From Klebsiella pneumoniae (GTDB lineage: Bacteria; Pseudomonadota; Gammaproteobacteria; Eutrophobiales; Eutrophobiaceae), in the NCBI GenBank assembly GCA_945870865.1, contig CAMBTO010000001.1, forward strand, positions 79,487-143,486: a DNA stretch of 64,000 bases. The letters are read 5' to 3'. Of the stretch, positions 9,483 through 22,045 are shown in pieces. The translations under genes and the position numbers were made by a program. The notes under the pieces were generated by a model. It was not told the DNA's origin. It made no database searches and saw only the letters and a list, made by a program, of their open reading frames with translations. Each line of letters opens with the position of its first letter. Positions within the stretch are counted from its first letter, which is position 1.

Positions 9483-10139
9483 ATGATGACCACACTGCGT
9501 AAATATCTGATCGCCGGCCTTTTGGTCTGGGTACCGCTGGCGGCAACAGTGGTCATTATCAAGCTGCTCATCGACATGATGGACATGATCCTGCTGCTGT
9601 TCCCCGAGCAGTATCATCCGGACAAGGTCTGGGGTTTTACCCTGCCCGGCACCGGTCTGTTGCTGGCGCTACTTATCCTGCTGGTCACCGGGTTTCTCGC
9701 GGCCAACCTGATAGGCCGCCGACTCGTGCATCTGTGGGAACACGTGCTCGGGCGGATCCCACTGGTGCGCAACATCTATAATGCCTTCAAGCAGATAACC
9801 CGTACTGTACTCGCCTCGGACAACAAGTCGTTTCGCAAGGTGGTACTGATCGAGTTCCCCACGCCCGGCCTGTGGAGTGTGTGTTTTCTGACGAATGAAG
9901 GTATCAATCTCGATTCAAAGGCGCTACCGGCCGATATGTGCTCGGTGTTTGTGCCGACCACGCCGATACCGACGACTGGCTTTAATATCATCCTGCCGAA
10001 GGACAAGGTCATTGAGCTCGATATCACCATTGAAGAGGCGTTTCGCATGATCATGTCGATGGGAGTGGTCATGCCGGATCGGCAGATCCGCGAGATATTG
10101 GCCGCCGCGACGGTTGCGAAATCAGCGCCCGCCTCGTAA
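9483..10139 (+). CDS. DUF502 family membrane protein
   Basis: LRKYLIAGLLVWVP, RIPLVRNIY, VFVPTTPIPTTGF; usual neighbour of aspS. Confidence 0.88.
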   Translation: MMTTLRKYLIAGLLVWVPLAATVVIIKLLIDMMDMILLLFPEQYHPDKVWGFTLPGTGLLLALLILLVTGFLAANLIGRRLVHLWEHVLGRIPLVRNIYNAFKQITRTVLASDNKSFRKVVLIEFPTPGLWSVCFLTNEGINLDSKALPADMCSVFVPTTPIPTTGFNIILPKDKVIELDITIEEAFRMIMSMGVVMPDRQIREILAAATVAKSAPAS

Positions 10140-10166
10140 TATGCAGCCTTTTTGCGGGTCTGACTT

Positions 10167-11954
<1,788 letters not shown>

Positions 11955-11971
11955 CCAGTCGCACACTTGTG

Positions 11972-12016
11972 TTAGTGTAGTAAGTACAATAATATCTGGT
12001 GTACTTACTACACTAA
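11972..12016. promoter_or_regulatory. Tandem NrtR operator sites (GT-N7-AC) forming a 17-bp inverted repeat
   Basis: TTAGTGTAGTAAGTACA-N11-TGTACTTACTACACTAA directly upstream of nrtR; each arm contains GT-N7-AC. Confidence 0.8.
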
Positions 12017-12023
12017 GCAGCTT

Positions 12024-12689
12024 ATGCATACCTACGCATTCCCCCATCCTGCCGTCACCACCGATATTGTTATCTTCACATTACAGGACGGACAATTAAA
12101 GGTACTGCTGATCCAGCGTGCGCATGAGCCGTACAAGGATCACTGGAGCCTGCCGGGCGGCTTTGTCGAGATCGACGAAGATCTGGAGGCCGCCGCATTA
12201 AGGGAATTGCAGGAAGAGACCGGAGTAACCGGCGTGTATCTGGAACAACTCTATACCTTTGGACAGCCGGGTCGCGACCCGCGCGAACGGGTGATCTCGA
12301 TTGCCTACTACGCGCTGGTGCCGAACGATTCGCTACACATCCGTGCTGACAGTGATGCGAAGAATGTGGGCTGGTTTGCCTGCCACCAACTGCCGGTACT
12401 CGCCTTTGACCATGACCGGATTATCGAGCTGGCACGGAACCGGCTCGCCGCCAAGCTCGAATATTCGACCATTGCGCTGCAGTTCATGCCGGCCGAGTTC
12501 ACGCTGGGCGAACTGCAAAAGGTGTACGAAACCATCCTCGACAGTACGCTGGATAAACGCAATTTCCGTAAACGCATCCTCGCGCTCGACTGTATCGAGC
12601 AAACCGGCACCAGCCGCCGGGACGGCAAACACCGCCCGGCACGTTTGTTCAGGCGCATAGCGCCTGGAAAAGTTGAATTCATCAAATAG
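12024..12689 (+). CDS. nrtR: NrtR family Nudix-related transcriptional regulator
   Basis: Nudix box GGFVEIDEDLEAAALRELQEETG, RDPRERV, LAFDH and C-terminal wHTH FTLGELQKVYE...DKRNFRK...RPARLF; precedes nadA. Confidence 0.92.
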   Translation: MHTYAFPHPAVTTDIVIFTLQDGQLKVLLIQRAHEPYKDHWSLPGGFVEIDEDLEAAALRELQEETGVTGVYLEQLYTFGQPGRDPRERVISIAYYALVPNDSLHIRADSDAKNVGWFACHQLPVLAFDHDRIIELARNRLAAKLEYSTIALQFMPAEFTLGELQKVYETILDSTLDKRNFRKRILALDCIEQTGTSRRDGKHRPARLFRRIAPGKVEFIK

Positions 12690-12698
12690 GCAGACACT

Positions 12699-13775
12699 GT
12701 GAATACCATCACACCTGTGCGCAAGGACTATCGAATGTCACCGGACACCGTACCGGAGACGGTGTCCTCCCATCTCGGACAGAAGCAACGTGACGACCTG
12801 ATCGACCGCATACGCCAATTACTGATCCGCGAGAACGCGGTCGTGGTTGCTCATTATTATACCGACCCGGATCTGCAACTGCTCGCCGATGCGACCGGTG
12901 GCTATGTATCGGATTCGCTCGATATGGCCCGGTTTGGTAATGAATCGAAGGCCGATACACTGGTCGTCTGTGGCGTACGCTTCATGGGCGAGACCGCGAA
13001 GATCCTCAACCCGGAAAAACGCGTGCTGATGCCCGATCTGGAGGCGACCTGTTCACTCGATATCGGTTGTCCACCGGATAAGTTCTCCGCCTTCTGCGAC
13101 CAGCACCCGGACCGGACCGTTGTGGTGTACGCGAACACCAGTGCAGCGGTCAAGGCGCGTGCCGACTGGATGGTCACCTCTGGCAGCGCGGTTGATGTGG
13201 TCAATCACCTGAAGGCTAAAGGGGAAAAAATCCTGTGGGCGCCCGACATGTACCTCGGTCAATATGTGCAAGATAAGACCGGCGCTGACATGGTGCTCTG
13301 GCAAGGCAGCTGTATCGTGCATGAGGAGTTCAAGGCGAAAGAGCTGCTCGAATTAATGAAATTACATCCGCAGGCGAAGGTATTAGTGCACCCGGAATCA
13401 CCGGCCGCCGTGGCCGGGCTCGCCGACGTGGTCGGTTCGACAACGACCATGATCAAGGCGGCGCAACAGATGGATGCAAAGACCTTTATCGTCGCGACCG
13501 ACAGGGGCATCTTCTACAAGATGCAGCAGGCCGCGCCGGACAAGATCTTTATCGAGGCGCCGACCGCCGGCAAAAGTGCGACCTGCAAGAGCTGCGCCCA
13601 CTGCCCGTGGATGGCGATGAATAACCTGGAAAAACTCGCGGTTACGCTGGAAACCGGCAGCAACGAGATCCGGGTGGGTAAGGCGATAATCGAACGTGCC
13701 AAACGGCCAATCCAGCGTCTGCTCGATTTTGCAAAAACGCAAAATCAGGTGTTTTACGGCAATAACGACGCCTGA
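12699..13775 (+). CDS. nadA: Quinolinate synthase
   Basis: [50 protein letters not shown]. Confidence 0.96.
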   Translation: MNTITPVRKDYRMSPDTVPETVSSHLGQKQRDDLIDRIRQLLIRENAVVVAHYYTDPDLQLLADATGGYVSDSLDMARFGNESKADTLVVCGVRFMGETAKILNPEKRVLMPDLEATCSLDIGCPPDKFSAFCDQHPDRTVVVYANTSAAVKARADWMVTSGSAVDVVNHLKAKGEKILWAPDMYLGQYVQDKTGADMVLWQGSCIVHEEFKAKELLELMKLHPQAKVLVHPESPAAVAGLADVVGSTTTMIKAAQQMDAKTFIVATDRGIFYKMQQAAPDKIFIEAPTAGKSATCKSCAHCPWMAMNNLEKLAVTLETGSNEIRVGKAIIERAKRPIQRLLDFAKTQNQVFYGNNDA

Positions 13776-13784
13776 CACGGACTG

Positions 13785-14420
13785 ATGAGCGGAGATACCA
13801 TTATCCTCGTCCACGGCCTGTGGATGAACGGTATCGACATGACTCTGCTGGCCAAACGACTGGAGAAGGCGGGATACGAGACCGCACAGTTCAGTTACCG
13901 CAGCATGGGCAATACGCCCCGGGAGAATGCGTCCCGGCTCGACAGTTTTGCCACAGGGCTTGATGCACCGGTTATCCATTTTGTCGGTCACAGCCTCGGC
14001 GGCATTGTCATACGCCATCTGTTTTTCGACTACCCGAACCGCAAACCGGGCCGGGTGGTAACACTTGGTACACCGCACCGGCCCAGTTACTCCGCCCATA
14101 ACCTGTCGAGTTATACACTGGGCAAGCTGATGCTGGGCCAGAGTGTGGTTGATGGCCTGCTCGGCAATATCCCGCCCTGGAGTGATGTGCATGACCTCGG
14201 CAGTATTGCCGGTACGATGGAATTCGGGCTGGGGCTGTTTTTCAACGGCCTGCCCTCCCCGAATGACGGGACTGTGACGGTCGAAGAAACCCGACTGCCC
14301 TATATGAAAGACCATGCCAGCGTTCACGCCTCGCACTTCGGTCTGCTGCTTTCACCCACCACTGCCGACTTGTGTCATAATTTCCTGCGCGACGGTTTGT
14401 TTGGCCGTGTCGCAGTTTGA
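13785..14420 (+). CDS. Alpha/beta hydrolase (esterase/lipase-like)
   Basis: VHGLWM, GHSLGG nucleophile elbow, LGTPH, NDGTV, SHFGLL. Confidence 0.85.
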   Translation: MSGDTIILVHGLWMNGIDMTLLAKRLEKAGYETAQFSYRSMGNTPRENASRLDSFATGLDAPVIHFVGHSLGGIVIRHLFFDYPNRKPGRVVTLGTPHRPSYSAHNLSSYTLGKLMLGQSVVDGLLGNIPPWSDVHDLGSIAGTMEFGLGLFFNGLPSPNDGTVTVEETRLPYMKDHASVHASHFGLLLSPTTADLCHNFLRDGLFGRVAV

Positions 14421-14474
14421 GTAAGCGGTGGCAAATGATAAACTTGTATACAACTTAACACGGGTGTCTCCGAC

Positions 14475-15221
14475 ATGGCTGGTCACAGTAAATGGGCAAA
14501 TATTCAACACCGGAAAAACAAGCAGGACGCCAAACGCGCCAAGCTGTTTACCAAACTGATCCGTGAAATCACGGTCTCTGCCCGCATGGGCGGGGGCGAT
14601 GCGGGTTCGAATCCGCGACTGCGTTCGGCGATCGATGCCGCGCTGTCAAACAACATGACCCGCGACACGATCGAGCGTGCGACCAAACGCGGTGCCGGTG
14701 GTGGCGAAGGTGAGCATGTCGAGGAAATTCGTTATGAAGGTTATGGCCCCGGTGGCACAGCCATCATCGTCGATTGCATGTCTGATAATCGCAATCGTAC
14801 CGTGGCCGAGGTGCGTCATACCTTTAATAAGTATGGTGGCAATCTGGGTACCGACGGATCAGTCGCGTATCTGTTTAATAAATGTGGCGTGATTTGCTGT
14901 CCACCCGGATGTAATGAGGACCAGGTGATGGCGGTTGCGCTGGAGGCCGGTGCGGATGATATCGTCAACAATGACGATGGTTCGATTGATGTGATCACGT
15001 CTTTCGAAGGGTTCCACGCGGTGAAGGCGGCGATGGAAAAGGCAAAGCTGCCGTTTGATTCATCCGAGATAACGATGCGTGCCGCAACCTCGAACACGCT
15101 GGATCTGGAAACAGCCCAGTCGATGATCACGCTGATAGACATGCTTGAAGACCTGGATGACGTACAACGCGTGTATTCGAACGCGGATATCCCTGAAGAC
15201 GTGCTGGCACAGCTGGGCTAG
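14475..15221 (+). CDS. yebC: YebC/PmpR family protein
   Basis: [35 protein letters not shown]. Confidence 0.96.
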   Translation: MAGHSKWANIQHRKNKQDAKRAKLFTKLIREITVSARMGGGDAGSNPRLRSAIDAALSNNMTRDTIERATKRGAGGGEGEHVEEIRYEGYGPGGTAIIVDCMSDNRNRTVAEVRHTFNKYGGNLGTDGSVAYLFNKCGVICCPPGCNEDQVMAVALEAGADDIVNNDDGSIDVITSFEGFHAVKAAMEKAKLPFDSSEITMRAATSNTLDLETAQSMITLIDMLEDLDDVQRVYSNADIPEDVLAQLG

Positions 15222-15289
15222 GACTGCATGGCCGGGTCTATTGCTCTACCCAAAGACCCGTGCCCAATAAGCCATTGGCCGGAAACAGC

Positions 15290-15808
15290 ATGACCCGTAT
15301 CCTGGGTATCGACCCCGGTTCCCGTTTTACCGGTTATGGCATTATTGATATACAGGGCAACCACGCGACCCATATCTCCCATGGCACAATACGGATCCAG
15401 GGCGACGATCTCTGCTCAAAACTGCGCTATTTATTCCGTGAACTGACCGGCATCCTGAATGAGCACAGACCTGACGAGGTCTCGATAGAAAAGATATTCA
15501 TGCACAAGAATGCTGACTCGGCGCTCAAACTGGGGCAGGCGCGCGGTTGTGCGATCACGGCCTGTGCCGAGCAGGATTTGCCCGTATTTGAATACACCGC
15601 CAACCAGGTCAAACAGGCCACCGTCGGCAAGGGCCATGCGGCCAAGGAACAAGTACAACATATGATCAAGATATTACTCTGTTTACGTGAGAGCCCGCAG
15701 GCGGATGCAGCCGATGCACTGGCGATCGCCTTGTGTCATGGCCATTCACGTGAAGGCCTGAAGCGTATGGCCGGCGTCAGCGGTATCCGCAATGGCAGGC
15801 TGCAATGA
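15290..15808 (+). CDS. ruvC: Holliday junction resolvase
   Basis: ILGIDPGS, SALKLGQARG, DAADALAIALCH; ATG at 15290. Confidence 0.96.
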   Translation: MTRILGIDPGSRFTGYGIIDIQGNHATHISHGTIRIQGDDLCSKLRYLFRELTGILNEHRPDEVSIEKIFMHKNADSALKLGQARGCAITACAEQDLPVFEYTANQVKQATVGKGHAAKEQVQHMIKILLCLRESPQADAADALAIALCHGHSREGLKRMAGVSGIRNGRLQ

Positions 15809-16407
15809 TAGGTTCGCTGCGCGGTAAGTTGGTCATTAAACAGGCACCACATCTGGTGGTGGATGTTGGCGGTGTCGGTTACGAAATTGAAGCCCCGATG
15901 AGTACGTTTTATAACCTGCCCCAGGCCGGTGCCGAGGTCCATATCTTTACCCACCTGGTCGTGCGCGAAGACGCACATTTATTATTCGGCTTTGCCACCG
16001 AGCAGGAACGGCGGCTATTCCGCACGCTGCTGAAGGTCAACGGCGTGGGTGCAAAGCTGGCGTTAACGATCCTGTCCGGTATTGAAACCGACGAGTTTAT
16101 CCAGTGTATCCAGACCGGTAATACTGACCGGCTGGTGCGTCTGCCGGGTATCGGCAAAAAGACGGCGGAACGGCTGGTCATTGAGATGCGTGACCGTCTG
16201 AAAGACTGGCACACGGAGCTCCCGGGCAAGCCTTTAACCGCCGGGGCAGCCAAGCCGGCATCGAGCGCGGCGGATGACGCGATCAGTGCACTGGTATCGC
16301 TCGGTTATAAACCGCAGGAGGCGAGTCGATTTGTTTATGCAGTCGCGACAGACGGGATGGACAGTGAATCGCTGATCCGGGAGGCGTTGAAGGCGTCTGT
16401 CCGGTGA
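15805..16407 (+). CDS. ruvA: Holliday junction branch migration protein A
   Basis: MIGSLRG, VGGVGYE, VREDAHLLFGF, PGIGKKTAERL, ALVSLGYKPQEA. Confidence 0.96.
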   Translation: MIGSLRGKLVIKQAPHLVVDVGGVGYEIEAPMSTFYNLPQAGAEVHIFTHLVVREDAHLLFGFATEQERRLFRTLLKVNGVGAKLALTILSGIETDEFIQCIQTGNTDRLVRLPGIGKKTAERLVIEMRDRLKDWHTELPGKPLTAGAAKPASSAADDAISALVSLGYKPQEASRFVYAVATDGMDSESLIREALKASVR

Positions 16408-16440
16408 AAGTACGTGATCATTGCTTACGTTAAAGTATGT

Positions 16441-16525
16441 CAGCCGGACCGACAGGCTCGTTCCAGACACGCTGTGAATACATCCATGCGGCACACGGTC
16501 TTGCACGAGCCTGTCGGTCCGTCTG
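16441..16525. repeat. Intergenic inverted-repeat element (REP/MITE-like) between ruvA and ruvB
   Basis: Perfect 17-bp arms CGGACCGACAGGCTCGT (16445-16461) and ACGAGCCTGTCGGTCCG (16505-16521), extendable imperfectly on both sides. Confidence 0.6.
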
Positions 16526-16655
16526 TTCATGCTGATATACCGCAAGGTTAAAATGATGAAAATTAGCAGATTCTGGCATATGAATGCGATCATTGAGGTT
16601 CTATAATGACGGACAAATCAACGCATCAATCCAGAATGCACAGACACCAGACATA

Positions 16656-17690
16656 ATGGCCGGACCCGACCCGATAATTTCACCCGCAGGCACAACTGAG
16701 GATGCCGTCGTTGACAAGGCACTGCGTCCGAAAATGCTGGCTGAATATCATGGCCAGCCCGCGGTCCGTGAGCAGATGGAGATCTTTATCAATGCAGCGC
16801 GCAAGCGTGGTGAACCGCTGGATCATGTGCTCATCTTTGGACCACCCGGCCTCGGCAAGACCACGCTGGCCCATGTGATCGCCAACGAAATGAATGTAAA
16901 CATGCGCCAGACCTCGGGTCCGGTACTTGAACGCGCGGGCGATCTGGCGGCACTGCTGACCAATCTGGAACCAAACGATGTGTTGTTTATTGATGAAATT
17001 CACCGTCTCAGCCCGGTGGTGGAAGAGATACTCTACCCGGCGATGGAAGATTACCAGATCGATATCATGATCGGTGAAGGACCGGCGGCACGGGCGATCA
17101 AGCTGGACATTCCGCCGTTTACGCTGGTCGGTGCGACCACCCGCGCCGGACTGCTGACCTCACCGTTGCGTGATCGCTTTGGTATTGTGCAAAGGCTGGA
17201 GTTTTATAATAGCGAGGACCTCTCACGCATCCTCGCCCGTTCGGCCAATATCCTGAAAGTAACGCTGGAGACCCGGGGCGCTACTGAAATTGCCTCACGT
17301 TCGCGCGGTACGCCGCGTATTGCAAACCGCCTGCTCCGACGTGTGCGTGATTTCGCCGAGGTCAGGGCAGATGGTGTGATCACTGCCGATATTGCCAACC
17401 AGGCACTGGACATGCTGAATGTCGACGAGCATGGTTTTGATATGATGGATCGCAAGCTGTTGCTGGCGATTATCCAGAAGTTTGACGGTGGACCGGTCGG
17501 GCTGGACAGTATCGCCGCGGCCATCGGTGAGGAACGCGATACGATAGAAGATGTGATTGAACCCTATCTGATCCAGCAGGGCTTCATGATGCGCACACCG
17601 CGAGGCCGGGTCGTGACCCGCCAGGCCTGGTTGCACTTCGGACTGGATCTGCCCAAAAACCTGTTGGCTGATTCGGATCTGTTTACATGA
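16656..17690 (+). CDS. ruvB: Holliday junction DNA helicase B
   Basis: [44 protein letters not shown] at 16656 preferred. Confidence 0.97.
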   Translation: MAGPDPIISPAGTTEDAVVDKALRPKMLAEYHGQPAVREQMEIFINAARKRGEPLDHVLIFGPPGLGKTTLAHVIANEMNVNMRQTSGPVLERAGDLAALLTNLEPNDVLFIDEIHRLSPVVEEILYPAMEDYQIDIMIGEGPAARAIKLDIPPFTLVGATTRAGLLTSPLRDRFGIVQRLEFYNSEDLSRILARSANILKVTLETRGATEIASRSRGTPRIANRLLRRVRDFAEVRADGVITADIANQALDMLNVDEHGFDMMDRKLLLAIIQKFDGGPVGLDSIAAAIGEERDTIEDVIEPYLIQQGFMMRTPRGRVVTRQAWLHFGLDLPKNLLADSDLFT

Positions 17691-18111
17691 CGGGTGAACA
17701 ATCGGTCGCTGAATCCCGGGAATTCTTCTGGCCTACCCGGGTCTATTATGAAGATACCGATGCCGCGGGCGTCGTGTATCATTCGAACTACCTGAAGTTT
17801 ATGGAACGGGCAAGGACCGAGTGGCTGCGCATGGCGGGTTACTCGCAGAAATCACTGGCAGAAGCTGACGGTATTGTTTTTGTTGTGGCGAAAATGAATA
17901 TAGAATTTACCAGTCCGACCTGTTTCGACGAACTGCTGAATGTCTGTTCGAAAGTGACCGGCACCCATGGGGCAGGATTGATGTTCGAACAGACAATCAC
18001 GGGCGAATCCGGGGTCGTCAAGTGTCGGGCTGATGTACAGATTGTCTGTGTAGACGCGAAGACATTCCGGCTCAGACGTATACCCAATTCCATCAAGGCA
18101 AAACTTAATTT

Positions 18112-18115
<4 letters not shown>
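17687..18115 (+). CDS. ybgC: Tol-pal associated acyl-CoA thioesterase
   Basis: [29 protein letters not shown]. Confidence 0.94.
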
Positions 18116-18786
<671 letters not shown>

Positions 18787-18817
18787 GACCGGATGAGGAA
18801 AGAAGGATAAAAAATTC

Positions 18818-19270
18818 ATGCGCCAGAGAATAAAGAAAAGCCCCATGGCAGAGATCAACGTCGTTCCGTATATCGACGTGATGCTGGTGTTGCTGATCAT
18901 ATTCATGGTCACTGCACCGTTGCTCAGTCAGGGTGTCAGTGTGCAGCTGCCGAAGCTGTCCTCCGAGCCGATGCCACCGGAACCGGACAACCCGCCGGTC
19001 GTGATCAGTGTCGACAAGGACGGCAATTTCTATATTGCGTTCGGTGGCGAGAATGCCGAAGATCAGGACAAGCCGGTAGAGGCGCAGGCGCTGGTCAACC
19101 GGGTGGCGGCCCTGCTGAAGTATGCGACAGAACAAAACCGGCCGAAGACCCGGGTGTTCGTAAAAGGCGACACCAACGTTCCCTATGGCAAGGTCGTGGA
19201 ACTGATGGCCATGTTGCAGACGGCAGGCGTTGAAGGGGTCGGTCTGATTACCGATCCCCCTGAAGGATAG
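18818..19270 (+). CDS. tolR: TolR
   Basis: EINVVPYIDVMLVLLIIFMVTAPL, VPYGKVV. Confidence 0.95.
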   Translation: MRQRIKKSPMAEINVVPYIDVMLVLLIIFMVTAPLLSQGVSVQLPKLSSEPMPPEPDNPPVVISVDKDGNFYIAFGGENAEDQDKPVEAQALVNRVAALLKYATEQNRPKTRVFVKGDTNVPYGKVVELMAMLQTAGVEGVGLITDPPEG

Positions 19271-19276
19271 TCAACG

Positions 19277-20095
19277 ATGACACTGCTGCTTACCCGTTCG
19301 ATCATCCTGTCTGTAATCGTGCATGCGATTGCCGTGGCCATGCTGATCTTCAGCCTGGAATTCTCGCCCGAGCCAATACAGGCGGTCATGCCTGCCGGAC
19401 AGATCATGGACGCCACTGCGGTCGACGCAAAACAGGTCGAGCAGGAAGTCGCGCAGCTGAAAAAGCTGGAACAAAAAAATGTCACCCGCGAGCGTGAACT
19501 CGAACAGAAGGTAAAGGACCTGGAAAAGAAATCGCAGACCGCCGAACAAAAGCGACGTGAAGAAGAGGTCAAACTGGTCGATATCCAGAAGAAACAGGTA
19601 AAAGAGGAAACGAAACGCAAGGAAGAAGAGAAAAAGCTGGCCGATGCAAAACAGAAGCAGGAAGAGTTGCAAAAGCAGGCCGAGGTAGAACAGAAACGCA
19701 AGGAAGAGACACAAGCCAAGGCCGAGGCAGACAAGAAAAGGAAAGCGGCCGAAGACGCGCTGAAGAAACAGCTGGCGGCGGAACAGGCGACCCAGCAGGC
19801 CGCCCAGGACAAGGCAGACATGGGCATTATCAACCAGTATGTTGCGCGTATTGCCGGTGCGATACAGGCCCAGTTTAACACGGCAGGTCTCGAACCCGGT
19901 CTGTCCTGTGTATTGCAGATTCGCATGCTCCCGGGTGGCGAGGTAACCGACGCGCGGATCACCAAATCCAGTGGCAATGCCGTGTTTGACAGCCGCGCCA
20001 TCGCCGCTGTGCAGCTGGCATCACCGTTACCGGTGCCAGAAGACGCACAGGTGTTTGGCAAGATGCGCGAGATCCGTCTGACATTCAAACCCTAG
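19277..20095 (+). CDS. tolA: TolA
   Basis: N-terminal TM with SxxxH motif, K/E/A-rich helical stalk, C-terminal SSGNAVFDSRA...SPLPVP; between tolR and tolB. Confidence 0.9.
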   Translation: MTLLLTRSIILSVIVHAIAVAMLIFSLEFSPEPIQAVMPAGQIMDATAVDAKQVEQEVAQLKKLEQKNVTRERELEQKVKDLEKKSQTAEQKRREEEVKLVDIQKKQVKEETKRKEEEKKLADAKQKQEELQKQAEVEQKRKEETQAKAEADKKRKAAEDALKKQLAAEQATQQAAQDKADMGIINQYVARIAGAIQAQFNTAGLEPGLSCVLQIRMLPGGEVTDARITKSSGNAVFDSRAIAAVQLASPLPVPEDAQVFGKMREIRLTFKP

Positions 20096-20132
20096 ACAAA
20101 ACGAACGATTTATTTAAACCAGGATATGTAAA

Positions 20133-21437
20133 ATGATGAAACAGAACTTCCTCGTACTACTGCTCGGATTGTTCTTCAGTCTGAACGCACATGCCGTCCT
20201 GGACATTACCATAACCGAAGGTGTCGAAAAAGCGGTGCCGATTGCCATCGTCCCGTTTGAATGGGCCGGCCTGCCGGATGAGTCACCTGTGGATATGCAT
20301 GTGACCATCGCGAACGACCTGTCGCGCAGTGGACGCTTCAATACGATGGACCCAGGGGATATGCCACAGCGTCCTGTTGAGTTCAGCCAGGTGTCGTTTA
20401 ACGACTGGCGCCTGCTGGGTATGGAAAACATCGTCATCGGTAATATACGTCCGCTCGCGGAAGGTAATTACGAGGTCGAGTTCCGATTGGTTAACGTGTA
20501 CTCTGGCACCCAGATTGCCGGCTTTCGTATCCCGGCAACGCGAGCGCAGCTGCGGCGCACAGCACATCGTATCAGCGATATCGTTTATGAAAAACTGACA
20601 GGGGTACGTGGTGCCTTTGATACACGTATCGCTTATGTGGTTGTCAAGAAGCTGGCCGATGGCAACAAACAATATTCGATGCAGATATCCGATGCCGACG
20701 GATTCAATCCGCAGATCCTGCTTGAATCGAAAGAGCCGCTGATGTCACCGTCGTGGTCGCCAGACGGTAAACAACTCGCTTATGTATCGTTTGAGGGCAG
20801 AAATTCGGCCATTTATATCCAGAATCTCTTTACCGGTACCCGCGAGAGAGTCGCCGCGAATCCGGGCATCAACAGCGCCCCAGCCTGGTCTCCGGATGGT
20901 ACCCGGCTGGCGATGACCCTATCGAAAGAGGGAGACCCCGAGATCTTTGTCATGCACCTTGGCAGTAAAAACCTGCTCAGGGTCACCACGAATCGCTCGA
21001 TTGATACCGAACCCTCCTGGTCACCGGATGGCAGGATGCTGGTATTTACCTCGGACCGCGGCGGTTCGCCGCAGATCTACCAGGTCAATGCGGCCGGCGG
21101 TAATCCGGAACGACTGACCTTTACCGGAAATTACAATGCGCGGGCATGTTATTCGCCGGACGGCAAGGCACTGACACTTGTTCATGGCACTGAAGGACGG
21201 TATAAAATCGCCTATATGAATCTGGTGGCAAACACGATGAGTCTTGTCACGGATGCCAGATTCGGTGACGAATCCCCCAGCTTCGCACCGAACGGCAGCA
21301 TGATAATCTATGCGACTCAGACTGGCCGCGGGACTGAGTTGGCAGCCGTGTCGGCAGATGGACGTGTACATCAACGCCTTGCATTCCAGGACGGTGAAGT
21401 CCGCGAACCCGCCTGGGGACCCTTCCCGCAGCCATAA
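20133..21437 (+). CDS. tolB: TolB
   Basis: Signal peptide, [17 protein letters not shown], repeated PxWSPDG propeller blades. Confidence 0.96.
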   Translation: MMKQNFLVLLLGLFFSLNAHAVLDITITEGVEKAVPIAIVPFEWAGLPDESPVDMHVTIANDLSRSGRFNTMDPGDMPQRPVEFSQVSFNDWRLLGMENIVIGNIRPLAEGNYEVEFRLVNVYSGTQIAGFRIPATRAQLRRTAHRISDIVYEKLTGVRGAFDTRIAYVVVKKLADGNKQYSMQISDADGFNPQILLESKEPLMSPSWSPDGKQLAYVSFEGRNSAIYIQNLFTGTRERVAANPGINSAPAWSPDGTRLAMTLSKEGDPEIFVMHLGSKNLLRVTTNRSIDTEPSWSPDGRMLVFTSDRGGSPQIYQVNAAGGNPERLTFTGNYNARACYSPDGKALTLVHGTEGRYKIAYMNLVANTMSLVTDARFGDESPSFAPNGSMIIYATQTGRGTELAAVSADGRVHQRLAFQDGEVREPAWGPFPQP

Positions 21438-21515
21438 ATCTGTTTCAACTTGGACGGCAATGAATGATATGCTTTCACAATTACGATTAACACAGGACCT
21501 GAAGGAGTTACCCCC

Positions 21516-22034
21516 ATGAAAAACAGACTGATATTGATACTGGCCTTGGCCGGTTTATTGAGCGCTTGCGGTTCTTCACAAACGAAAGAAAACTCTGCTG
21601 CCGTTGATGACCGCACCGGCGCAGCCGATGAAAACGGCGCAACGGCGTTTGGCGCAAACGGTGACTCCACCTCCGGCGTCAGCGCACTGGATGATCCTGC
21701 GAGCCCACTTTCGGTACGCATACTCTATTTTGAATATGACAGCAGCGACGTATTGCCTGCCTACCGCGAGGTGCTGGAAGCACATGCAAACTATCTGGCG
21801 CAGAATCCAAATGTCACGATTGCACTTGAAGGCCATGCCGACGAGCGCGGGACACGTGAATATAATCTGGCACTCGGCGAGCGTCGTTCCCAGAGCGTAA
21901 AGAGCCAGATGATGGTGTTTGGTCCCTCCGCCTCGCAGCTACGTTCGACCAGTTATGGTGAGGAACGTCCGGTATCTGACAGCCATGACGAACAGGGATG
22001 GAGCCAGAATCGTCGCGTTGAAATCATTTATTGA
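21516..22034 (+). CDS. pal: Peptidoglycan-associated lipoprotein
   Basis: Lipobox LSAC, EGHADERGTREYNLALGERR, SYGEERP, NRRVE. Confidence 0.96.
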   Translation: MKNRLILILALAGLLSACGSSQTKENSAAVDDRTGAADENGATAFGANGDSTSGVSALDDPASPLSVRILYFEYDSSDVLPAYREVLEAHANYLAQNPNVTIALEGHADERGTREYNLALGERRSQSVKSQMMVFGPSASQLRSTSYGEERPVSDSHDEQGWSQNRRVEIIY

Positions 22035-22045
22035 TAGCTGACATC

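Noticed and set aside
14444..14453. TTGTATACAA palindrome upstream of yebC (similar TGGTATACAA at 42800)
   Set aside because: A 10-bp AT-rich palindrome is expected by chance, and no cognate regulator is evident
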